Assembly: GCA_013265495.1 (NCBI GenBank)
Contig: MU058584.1
Coordinates: forward strand, 434,001 to 498,000
Origin: Vicugna vicugna
Taxonomy: Eukaryota
Reading direction: 5' to 3'
Length of the DNA: 64,000 bases
Below, in pieces: positions 12,801-24,267 of the stretch (positions are counted from its first letter, which is position 1; the number at the start of each line of letters is the position of its first letter). The position numbers and the translations under genes are program-made. The notes under the pieces are model-generated. The model saw only the letters and a list, made by a program, of their open reading frames with translations. It had not been told where the DNA came from and searched no databases.

Positions 12801-14185
12801 AGGCTGAAGGACACGGGCATCAGAACTGTTTTGATAGCTCATTTAGCACAATTATATCGCCAGAAATCACAGGGCTAGTCATGTGGCCCTGGAGATGGAA
12901 CAGAACTGATGCCTAGCTTCTTAATGGGTTAGGATGTAAAAAGAAACCCTGTGAGCCCTAGACAAGAGGCTGGTTCCTGGTGATTATTTATATATTTATT
13001 GAGCAAACATGTATCGATTATTATGTGTTAGTCTTGCTAGTGCCTGAATACACATTCCCTCCTTTTTTTCCTCACAGTTCTAGGTTCAGTTTGAGTTTTA
13101 TTTTAGGAGTTTTTAAGAACTACTCTTGAATTTGTTTTAGAGGCTGTGAATGTTTATCTAACGGGGAGTGGGGTTGCCTTATGCTCCTTGATTGTAAGAC
13201 AAAGCATTAGAAAGGAGCTCGGCTCTCTTTCTCTACCCGCCCTACCAATTTTTCCCCCTGTGGCATGAAAGTGACTATTAAGTGACTAGGGGCCAAAGAA
13301 AGTACAGTTTGTTAATAAGCAAGATGCGTCTTGAAAATGGAGTTCAAAGTTCTAGGGTTTTCCTTGCCTCCCTTTCTGAAAACCACTCTGATATTGCTAC
13401 ACTCGTGCTTCCATTACTGTTTTTCATCCAGAATGACAAAATGTCCTCTCCAGGGAGTATTTTGGTGTCATCACGATTGGATGTTTTTATGAAGGAGGAC
13501 TTTGGAGGTGTGTGGAAAGGGTGATTGGTGCAGAATGATAGGTTTGGGAATTGTAGCTGTCTTGCTGTAGGGCAGCTGGGTTGTAATTGCTAGCTCTGGT
13601 GTGGGGGCCACCCTCCAAAGTTCTGCACTCTGTGGACGACCTTGCTCTGTGAGCAAGGGCTGCTTCTGAAGGCTGTTGGTGGCTGTTTATTGCTCTTCTT
13701 CAGATGTCTCTTGCAAACTATTATAAAGCCTCATTTCTCGCATACTTTTTAAGAGGACCTTTTCTGACCTGCCTGACTTGTATTCACTCCCCTGAAGTAT
13801 TAACCAGGAATCTAGGTATCAGAAATCCAAGTTACGCACCTGTTTGATCACTTACCTCAGTGGAGCAGTTGTTCCTACTGCTCAGGTGAAGGCCACTCTG
13901 TGAGGGACCTGGGATCGTTAGTTTACATTTTGAAAGGCGAAACAGCGGCATAAAGCCTTTCAGAGAATGTTATATAAGGAACTGGAAAACTCGGAGGAAC
14001 TGGGGAAGAGGAGCAATGCTGAGCCAAGTGGCTGGAGTAGGATAAAGGGATCTTTACTTCAGGGAGCTCTGCAAAGGGAAATGGACTGGGGCATGTTAAA
14101 CCTATTTCCATTAAAAGAAAGTTTCATGTGTTTTCTGATTCCTAACTTGTAGGGGATTTGGCGCCTATGGGTGGTAAGAGGACGG

Positions 14186-14560
14186 TGTATTAGTCTTTTT
14201 GGGCTGCAGACTAATTTGCCATAACATAATCCCACAGCCTTGGTGGCGTGAACAACAGAAATTTGTTTTCTCCCGGTTCTGGAAGCTGAAAATCCAAGAT
14301 CAAGGTGCCATCAGGGTTGGTTTTGGCTGAGGCCTCTTTTCCTGGCTTGTGACAGCCTCCTCACTCTGTCCTCACGTGGCTTTTTCTCTGCACACACACT
14401 CTTGATGTCTCTTTCTCTTCTCTTAAGGACATCAGCCCTATTGAATTGGGCTCCACCCTTATGCTCTCATTTAACCTTAATCACCTCCCTAAAGGCCCTG
14501 TCTCCAAATACAGTCTCATTGGAGATGAAGGCTTTAATACATGCATTGTGGGGGAACACA
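14186..14560 (-). mobile_element. MLT1-type MaLR solo LTR (MLT1A-like)
   Basis: tgtattagtc start, aacaacagaaatttgttttctcccggttctggaagctg, ccaagatcaaggtgcc, tctccaaatacagtc, ggggaacaca end. Confidence 0.85.
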
Positions 14561-14589
14561 GCGCTGGGAAGATGTTATGATGTATTTTA

Positions 14590-14787
14590 GAGATCAGCAA
14601 ACTAGTCTCTCCTGCCCCACCTGTTCTGTAAAGCTGATTGGAGCACAGCCTCACCCATTCGTGTATAAATTATCTGTGGCTGCTTTTGCACCACAAGGGG
14701 AGACTTGAGTAGCTGTGACAGACAGTCTGTCGTACAAAGCCTCAGATAATTGTTATCTGACCTTGTACAGAAAGAGTACCAACCCTT
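14590..14787. mobile_element. MER58A-like hAT-Charlie element
   Basis: tcagcaaact...ttggagcacagcc...ggctgcttttgcaccacaa...ttgagtagctgtgacagac...caaagcct...ccaacccttg. Confidence 0.7.
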
Positions 14788-16380
14788 GAAATTGGCCGAG
14801 CCTCTTCTAATAAGAGAAGGGGATTATTTTTGTATCAGGTTTTGTATCACAGTGATTTTAAAACATTGATATGCAGGTAGCTGTTCATTTCTTTACACAT
14901 TAAATAGGAAAGGAATGGAGAGTGAGTCAAAGGGCCATGCCAAGGGGTTGGTACATATCAGGGTTGCCAGAAAAGGCAGCTCTGGTCGGAAGACCTTGCT
15001 GTGTGACCATGGGCAGTTCGCTTCACATCTCTGAGCGTTGGTTCCTCCACTGGAAAGTGGAAATAAGGTGACCTGTCATATAACATACTTGCTTGGATCC
15101 AACGAAATAGAGCCACGAGAGCCCTATAAATGGAAGGCGGACTGTATAAACAGGAGGTACATGCTGTGTAAAAGTACCCTATTATTTAGAGACTGAGAAA
15201 TATTTGGATGGTGGTAATGTGCTACTCTGGGAAAAGGAGTTGCCAGTAGGATTTTTATCACATAATTAGAGGGTATGCTAAAAGTGCTAGTGAAAAGAAG
15301 CTGCTATATGCTGCTGCCTCGTGTTAATGTGGACCAGGGGTCTTGAACCTTTTCCCTGAGGATGTCTTACAACAGCATCCCTGCTCCATTCCCTTCTGCG
15401 GTGCTGCCTCTGGTCAGCAGAAATTCTGGGAAGTCCTAGTCATAGTGCCAGTGCCACAGTGGCCTCATAAAATCGCTACCCACTGGATGCCTATGCTTTG
15501 TGAACTAGGTGCTGGTCAGCCACCTCACATCTAAATCTTTTGAAAGGAGAACAAGCTGGAAATTCTGGGCAGTGGCAGGAATCGGGAAGCTCCCAGGTTA
15601 GGGTGAGAGACAGTCAGAGCTGTTCAAGCTATTTCTTGGTTGACTCATTTGTTCATTATCTGTTCATTCCATCACTGAGTGTCCTCGTTTTGAGAGTGGT
15701 AATACTATGTACTTGACAGGGTTGTGGTAAGGATTGAGTGAGATACTGCAGATGAAATGTTAAGCAAAGTCTCTGATGTGGAGCAGATGCTCATTAAATG
15801 GTGGTTCTTATTTTTATTGTTGTTTTCTAATTATTTCTTACTCATTAACTCCATATCCTGTTCCAGGCACTGGTGAACAGAGATAGGAGATTAAGATGCA
15901 TGGGTTCTGACCAGCCTTGGCTTCTGTGACTGGCAGTGATTCGGGAGGACCAGAGGTGTTTTTTTTGTGTTGTCCATCAGGCATGCATTCTCAGAGGCCA
16001 GTGATGCTACTGCTGTCCCTTTACTCCGCCTGTTCATCTGCCAGAGCACCCCCAGCCTGCTTGTCCAGATCTCACCTTTCCTCCATGACCACGGTGGGGA
16101 CCTGTCTTCTTCCTAATTAATGCTGGCTTACAGGTGTCATACTCTTTCACACTCTTCTCAGAATCCTTAAGTGTCTTCACACCCAACTTAACTTTGGATC
16201 ACATCCCACCCCACCTTATATTGTTATAATGGCTTTATGTAGCCCTGAGAGAAGAGGCATGCCTTACCCATCTTTCATTCCTGAGTGCTTGTAACAGTGC
16301 TTACCACATGCATATGCTCAATAAATATTGAACTGGATGAAATGTAATTCATTTAACCATCATTTACTGAGCATCTACTT

Positions 16381-16590
16381 CTGGGTTTCTCCATCTCATC
16401 ACTACCATCATTTTGGTTGAGAATTCTTCATTGTGGGGCCGTTCTGTGCCCTGTAGGATGTCGAGCAGCACCCCTGGCCTCTAGCCGCGACTTGCCAGGA
16501 GAGCCCTCCAGTTGTGACAACCCAAAATGCCTTTAGATGTTGCCACATGTACTCTGAAGGGCAAAATTAACTCCTGGTTGAGAGCCATTG
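16381..16590 (-). mobile_element. MER20-like hAT element
   Basis: tgtaggatgtcgagcagcacccctggcctcta, cagttgtgacaacccaaaatg, ggttgagagccattg terminus. Confidence 0.85.
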
Positions 16591-17239
16591 ATTTACTGTG
16601 TTCTAGGCACTGCATGTCTCTTGTCTTCTCAGACTGTGAATAGCTTAGGGGAGAATTTTCATTGCCTCCACAGTGCCTGCCCACTGGCCACAGAGGACCT
16701 GTCTGATAAATGTTCACTTGATCTGCTCAGCTCATTTTCCTCATTGCACCGCCTTCAGCTGAGGCTGGGGAGAAAGGAAAATGCAAGGCCATCTTCATCA
16801 TCCCAATTCGCAGGCATTAAATAAATGCTTACAGTTGCCTGGTTTTCGTTTTGCCTTCCTTGCTGACTCTCAGATCTGGAGATCCCAACTCCCAGAATGC
16901 CAGCGTTGCAAGGGGATGAGTGAATCCCACATCCTTTGTTCAGATTTCCTTTGGGAAAAGTTGATTAATATAATAGAATTATGGGTATATATGTATTTCT
17001 CCTCTGGAATCTCATTTATGGGCCTAAAACTCCATGAGGCCTCTGTTTGTAGTTTTTGCACAAGATGGTCCTACATTTGCTTAGGAATGGCTTCTAGAAG
17101 TATTTGCTGTGCCCCTCTATGGGTGAACACCAGCATGGGGCCCAGGTGTCCCAGGGACTCAGTTTTATATGTAAGGTTGTACCAGGATAAAAAAAAGGCC
17201 AAAGATCAAAGTCTTTAAGTTGGGAGCAGTGCTGGACTG

Positions 17240-17241
<2 letters not shown>

Positions 17242-17271
<30 letters not shown>
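17242..17271 (+). repeat. (GT)15 microsatellite
   Basis: Direct reading. Confidence 0.95.
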
Positions 17272-17272
<1 letters not shown>

Positions 17273-19005
17273 TGTGTAGTAAGGTGATAGTGAGGATATG
17301 GGTATGTTGGGGAAAATGAGAAACATTGTTCCAGTAGAATTCAGTACAAAATACTCTGGAGATGAGAGCTCAAATCTGATCTGGGATGCACCCCTAAGTG
17401 GCTGTGAGGACTTGGGCAAGGCGATTGCAGTGTTCTGGGCCTGGGTTCCACCTGTGAAGGGAGAGGAATGGATTAAATGATCTTTATCATTCCTTCTACC
17501 TCTGAACATGTGTGACTTGAAATTTTCAGTCCGAGGCCCACTTCTTTTGTACTCAAGGAAGAGAACATGATCAAAGACTGGGCCAGAGAAGCTCTAGCAC
17601 CTCGTAAAGACCAATCTCTTGCTAGTCACCTTCAGCTTTTGGGAAGGCTGTCATGAAGCTGAGAGCCTGGAGTTGTTCTTTTGTCCTCTTGAGAACAGAA
17701 CCGGATAATCAGAAGGCAGATTCCAGCTCAGCAGAAGGACTTTCTAGCTGTCAGAGTTGTTGGAAAGTGAAATAAGCTTGCGTGGGAAGGAGTTTCATCA
17801 CTGGGGGTATTTCCCGCTGAGGCTGAGCTGGCTTGGCTGAAATTGATGTATCAAATGAGTGATCAGAGTAGGTGACTTAAAATCCTTTCTGTGAGTTTTT
17901 AAAAATTCTATTTTTTGGTTAATTTTTCCTTAAGTCTTGAGATCCTTGAGAAGGGAAGGGGAGATAGGGCTGCTGTCTGGGAACTAATTCCCTAGTGGAG
18001 GTGAATGTTAGTGAGGGCTCTGAGGGAGTGACTTTCCCGCAGAAGTGACTTGAGTGGGAAGTGGCTTGGCATGTAGGCAGTCAGGTGTGGGTAGTAAATC
18101 TTTGAGGTCCACTGGCTGTGGAGCCCTGGCTGACCTTCACGGGCCAGTGACTGGCCCCCACGCTGAACCCACAGCTCTGTGTGCCTCTCTCCCTGGGAGC
18201 TGTCCTGCCTTACCGAGCAGCGAGCAGGAGCCGTGGTGTTTCCCCTGCCGCTGTCTGTCTGTCTCCTCGTGGCTCTGAATCAGCTGTCATGAGAGTTGGC
18301 TGTGACTGAGAACCAAAATTAATCCACTTTCTCTGGAAATTATTTTTTTCAGGCCCATGACTGTCACATTGTTGAGCTCTCTGAGGCCAGCGTCTTTCTG
18401 TGAAGTTCTTGCTTTCCGTGAGAGCATTTTTGTAGGGCTCCACAGAGGGCCCGCGCCACTCTGTAATTGACTGGATATATTTATGTCACCTGCAATTACC
18501 TCGAGGTAATCGTCTGCTGAGGCCACAGCAGCGGTTCCTCTTGGATGCCTTGCCAGGGCATTCGTAACGGTGCTTCCCTGCTGTGGGACGGGAGGTCAGT
18601 TTTACTTGGAAGGTAGGACCAGGGTGATGTACCCAAATCGTTCCATGACACTAGCCTTCCTCGTTGCGCTGACTGCCTTTACTTCTTCATCGCTGCTGTT
18701 GCAGACAACCAGTGTGGCACAGTTTCAGGTCGTAAGCTGGCAGCGATGCCAGAGGGTCTGCAGCTCTGCCTCGAAGCCTAGGAAGCTCTAGATGTCCCAC
18801 CATTTGAAGGAAGTTGGTCAGTCTGCCGCTCCCCTGGCCTTACCCTCTGTCTCACTGTTCTGTTCTTGTGTTTTCACCTCTCTTCTCATCCCACCCATAT
18901 GTCTGCATGGAACTGATAAATCCATAATGGGCTCCTCTAGTTTTGGAAATCAGGGTGAATGGCATTTGAGGTTGGGGAGAGCCAGCAGTCTGCTTGGGTC
19001 TCTGA

Positions 19006-19390
19006 GTGTCTTAGCTTGGGCTGCCATAAAAATATCATAAAATACCTTGACTGGGTGGCTTAAGCAACAGATATTTACTTCTCACAGTTCTGGAGGCTGA
19101 AAGTCCAGGACAAAGTATCAGCGGGTTTGGTGTCTGGTAAGGACTCTCTCCTTGGATTGCAGACAACTGTCCTCTCTCTGTGTCCTCTTATGGCCTTTCC
19201 TTGGTGCATAGACCTGGGGAGAGAAAGATCCCTTTCTTCTAAGGCCATCCGTCCTACAGGGTTAGGACTGTACCCTTCTGACCTCATTTAACCATGATTC
19301 CCTCCTAGAAACTCCATTTCCAAATACAGTCACTTTGGGGCTTAGGGCTTCAATATATGAATTTTGGGAGACACAATTCAGTCCATAGAA
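19006..19390 (-). mobile_element. MLT1-type MaLR solo LTR (MLT1A-like)
   Basis: gtcttagcttgggctgccataa, tctcacagttctggaggctgaaagtcc, ccaaatacagtcac, gacacaattcagtccata; similar to the copy at 14186-14560. Confidence 0.85.
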
Positions 19391-20655
19391 CTTAATTATT
19401 GGTGATTTTTTCTAGCTTCAGAAGACAAAGAAGAACTCCCCTTCTGGTGTGTGAACAACCCAGTGAGGCACTGGTTATATGGCCGTCTTCTTTCTGTCAG
19501 AACTCCTGCTTTTTTTTCCCTTGCATTTTTTTCTTGGCTATTTGAGATCTTGAGGGAGCCACTTTCTCTCTCCATCTAATTCCATTGTCCACAGAGTCAC
19601 TGTTTCCTGGTTAAAAAACTTTGACAGAGATCAAGGGTCTCTAGACACAGTGCCACCAAGTGACTGGCTTAGTTAAGAGTGCCTGGACCTGATTCAGACT
19701 TGGCTACCAGGAGTGGCTTATATTTGAGTTCAGTATTTGTAGTCCTCCTCTGCCAAAAGGTCTTTTGACAGGAAACAAAGGCTGCAAAAGTTCTGATGGT
19801 TGGTGTGAGGTCTTGAGACGGCTCGGTAGCAGAACCAGGAGCATAAGCCTGTTTATAATCCCTGGTTGTTATTGACCTGGTGAACTCCTTGGGAGATTGT
19901 GGAAGGAGGTGCCGTGCTCCTTTGAGGACCCTTTCCTAGCCTTACTCTTGGGGGTGTTCTTCATTTCATACTTGAAGGGACAGGGAAAGGGTGAGGTCGC
20001 TCATCTCCTGGGCTTCTCTGCAAGCTGAGAAGGTGTTGTATGACAGTTAACGGATGAGGAACTGTATAGCCCGAGATATGAGCAGGTCTTCTTGAACAGA
20101 AAGCCTTTCCTTTAGGACTGGCATGTGCTGTTTAACCTCACTCTTCATCCAGGTAACAGGTAGTAAATGTTTAGCACTGTGCTGGGTGCTGGGATATGAT
20201 GGTGAGGAAGGCGGGCTTGCCCTGCCCTCATGGAGCATAGTCTTAACGTCTATCTTCCTTACCCGCCAAAGCCTCACTGATATATGTATAGAATGGGAAC
20301 CTCTGAGTAACTGGGGCTTGGGATGGGGAATGTGTAAGCTCTGGCCCTCCCTGCTGCCCAGATTTGGCAATGGGTGTGTATTTGTTGGTGGTGGTGGAGG
20401 TGGAGGTGGGGAGGGATGTAGGTTGAGACCAGGGAGATTTTAAAAGCTTGGAGATTTTAGTGAAGCCGTGCCCTTACCTGAAGTAGGAACTGTTAGGGTT
20501 CCAGCTGTGGGTGAAGACCTAGAACGGATGAGTGGATGGGGTGCGAAATAGCTTACAGGACGGCTATGGAGATTGTCCCCCACATCTCTTCCTTCCTGCT
20601 TGGAGGCCCCTTTGACCCTGGCTATTCCCTGAAATTTCAGCTTCTATAGTCGACC

Positions 20656-22292
20656 TTTTTTTTTTTTAATTTAAACAATTTTAAGAGTTGTATATATTTA
20701 ATGTGTACAGAATGATTTGACATACATAGGGAAATGATTACTAGAGTCAAGCTCATTAACATATCTCCTTACATAGTTACCATTTTTTCCTTGGTGTGAT
20801 GAGAACAGCTGAAATGTACTCTTTAAGCAAATTTTCAGTATTCTGTACAGTGTTATTTTGCTAGGCATCATGCTATATGTTAGATGTCTTGGCTTTTTCA
20901 TCCTACATAGCTTCAACTTTTACTGTTTGCCCAGTGTCCCCCCATGTCCCCCACCTCCCTGTCCCTGGTAACCATTCTACTCCCTGCTTCTATGTATTAG
21001 ACCTTTTTTAGATTCTGCACGTAAGTGAGATCGTGCAGGTTGTTTTTTTTCTTTTTGCGTCTGGCTTATTTTACTCAGCATAATGGCCTCCAGGTTCATT
21101 TTTTTGTTTGTTTTTCTCCAGGTTCATTTATGTTATTACAAATAATTTTTTTTAAAACTAAATGATATTCCATTGTGTGTGTGTATATATTGATGTATAC
21201 ACAATGCTATTTCTTTACTCATTCATTCATCAACACTTAGGTGGTTTTCATATATTGTCTATTACAAATAATGCTGCAGTGAGTATGGGAACACAGATAC
21301 CTCTCTGAGGTGTTGACTTCATTTCCCTTGCGTGTATACCCGAAACAGGGATCGCTTGGTAGTTTTATGGAGGAAGCTCCATATTTTTCATAGTGACCGC
21401 ACCAATTTACATTAACACCAACCGTGTACAGGGATTCCCTTTTTGCTACATCCTTGCCAACACTCAATCTTTTGTGTTTTTGATAATAGCCATCCTAACA
21501 GGTGTGAGATGATATCTCACTCTGATTTTGATTTCTATTTCCCTGATGATTAGTGATGTTGAGCACATTTTTATGTACCTGTTGGCCATATGCATGTCTT
21601 CTTTGGAGAAATGTCTCTTCAAGACCTTTGCCCTTTTTGAAATTGGGTTGTTTCTTTTGCTGTTGAGTTGCAGGAGTTCCTTATATATTTTGGGTATTAA
21701 CCTCTTGTCAGATGTATGGTTTGCAAATTGTTTCCTTTGCTGTTCATAAACTTTTTACTTTGATGTAGTTCTACTTGTTTATTTTTGCTTTTGTTGGCTA
21801 AGCTTTTGGTATCATATCCAAAAATCATTGCCAAGGCCAATGTCAAGGATTTTTTTCCCTAATGTTTTCTTACAGGAGTTTTACAGTTTCATGTCTTATG
21901 TTTAAGTCTTTAATCCATTTTTTTTTGTGTATGGGGTAAGATATGGGTTCAGTTTCATTCTTCTTCACATGAATATCCAATTTTCCCAGTACCATTTGTT
22001 GAAGAGACTATCCCTTTCCATTGTATATTCTTGGTACCTTTGTTGAAAATTAGTTGACTGTATATACATGGGTTTATTTCTGGGCCCTCTTTTCTGTTCC
22101 ATTGGTCTATGCATCTTTTTTTTTTTTCCTAGTACCACACTGTTTTTGATTACTGTAACTTTGTAATATAGCTTGAAATCAGGAAGTGTGTGGCCTCCAG
22201 CTTTGTTCTTTTTTTCTCCAGATTACTTGAGTATTTGGGGCCTTCTATGGTTCCATATAAATTTTAGAGTTGTTTTTCCTATTACTTTGAAA
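20656..22292 (-). mobile_element. 5'-truncated L1 LINE (ORF2 C-terminal region, 3' UTR and poly-A), about 1.6 kb
   Basis: Poly-T at left end; L1 antisense motifs gatgattagtgatgttgagcac, tctttggagaaatgtct, ccagtaccatttgttgaagagact, ttccatataaattttag. Confidence 0.95.
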
Positions 22293-23658
22293 GTCTAGTT
22301 TCTACTCTCTCCCATGAGTGTTCCAGTAGCACAGGCTCAGCTGTGTGTGGCAATACCAATTAGTGGATGAGACCAGTGACTGTCCCTTGACAGTCTCTTC
22401 CATGACTACTTTGAGCTCAAGTGGCAAGCTGCTAATTCTTGTTTAGTGCAACCGTTTCTGACTCTCCTGAATTTTATGGGTGGAGCAGGAGTTGTGTCTA
22501 GGCAAAGCAGGTGTGTAGGGCTTCTGAGGGGTGGAGTGAATCAGGGTAAGACTGGCTGCCTACCTAGAGGAATCTAGGTACAGTTAGGGAGTCCCGAGTT
22601 ACCTGAAAACCCTGGCATATTTCCTTAGAAAGGACATGAACTTAGATCACTGTCCCCTTTTGCTTTATTCTCCATATATTTTAAATATCCTGGCAACTCC
22701 CATCCTTAGCACTAGCTGTAATAACCAACTGCATTTCCTGTCTCAGAGCCTCTCCTCCTCTAATAATTTGCTCCTTTGTCCTGCTCCTTTAATCTAGTAG
22801 TAGTTATTACACTGGGAGCTGCCTGTGTAGGAATTTTTGCATTAAGAGTGGAGACTCTCCCAGTGATCCTGTGCAGGCATTTTTGCTGACAGGTTGCTGT
22901 GGCCAAAGCTGTCAATCCAAGAAGACCTTTCACCTCATCTGGGTCATGTGCTTTTGGAAGAGGGAGATACCCACCCCTTCCCTATCCCCTACTTCCTGTT
23001 CTCACTGTTGAATTCAGTTAACATTCAGTTGCCTAGTCTGCAGTCATACCTGACTAATTGGATTGTTTTTAAATTCTCCTCTAGATGAATTATGAGCTTT
23101 CTTGACTTTAGTCAGGCTGCCTGGAGTCAGTCCCAGCCCGGGCAGGTGCTGTGCCAACTTTCCTGGCATGTGCCTGTGCCAGCGTATTTTACTATTGACC
23201 CCTAGCTCTCCCTTGGAAATACCAAGCCTGGAGCTCTGGAGAAGGCCCTGCCACTCCTGTAGTTCTGAAGGGCTCCTTTGTTCTGAGGAATGCCTGTGGC
23301 AATGAAGCCTGATAAATAGCCAGCTCCTTTCTTCTGTAAATTAAAGTGAAAGAACCTTGACTGCTAGAAGTAACTTCACTTGTTTCTTCTCATCTTCTTT
23401 ATTCAAGCCTATTTAATGAATATCTATTTAAGACTTAAAATCTAGCACTGTGCCAAGCACATAAAGGGGGATGTAGAAGTAGAAGTTTGTGGTCCTTGCT
23501 CTTTAGGACCTAAGGCTTTTTAGTGGACACACATATATGCACATGAAACCATTAAAGAATGTATAACATGCAATTCAGTGGAATGCCAAGTGTATGAGTT
23601 GCCTTCTCTGGTTGCTTTATGGGACCAGAGCTTCCTTTTCCCATGTCTTGTAGAGATG

Positions 23659-24267
23659 TGCTTTTTGAGGGAAGGAGACAGGGCACAACCATTGAAGGAA
23701 TGACGCAGCAATTGGGAACAGGACAAACTGGTTAGAACCAAGATGGTGGAAGATTCGACTTCCAGTAGACCTTGAGCTTCATGGAACCACCCACAGGCAC
23801 CATGACAGTTCCTAGGGTAACCATTAAAAGATAAAAAGTAGGCAGTGGTGAAGGGGGTGGGTGGGCAAAGGGGGCAGAAAATCCCTGCCTCCATCCCCAA
23901 AATAGTTGGAATGATTCTCCTACTTTTTAGCATATGAAATTACCAAGCCCATAAAAACTAACAACCCCGCATCTCTTGGTCGCTCTCTTACCTTCTGAGA
24001 TGGCCCACAATCTGTGTATGGAGTGTGTTTCTGCTTTTATCCTTAAACCAAACACCCCACACCTCTCAGCCTCTCTGCCTCTAGCCTTTTGAGATGGCCT
24101 GCATTCTGCTTATGGAGTGTGTGTCTCCCAAGCCGTTCTCCCTTCTGAGTGAGATGGACCGCACTCTGTCTGTGGAGTGTGTATCTCTCTAAATAAACTT
24201 GCTTTCACTTTACTATGCCTCGCTCTTGAATTCTTTCCTGCACAAGGCAAGAACCTATTCTCTGCCA
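23659..24267 (+). mobile_element. MER41-like ERV1 solo LTR, copy 1
   Basis: MER41 hallmark blocks accaagatgg, caccatgacagtt, cccataaaaac, ctgtctgtggagt, aataaacttgctttcactttact, gaattctttcctgcacaaggcaagaacc; colinear with 35959-36565; 5' boundary approximate, no clear TSD. Confidence 0.85.

Noticed and set aside
23990..24190. CRISPR-like repeat-spacer array
   Set aside because: Degenerate internal LTR repeats in mammalian DNA, irregular spacing, no cas genes.
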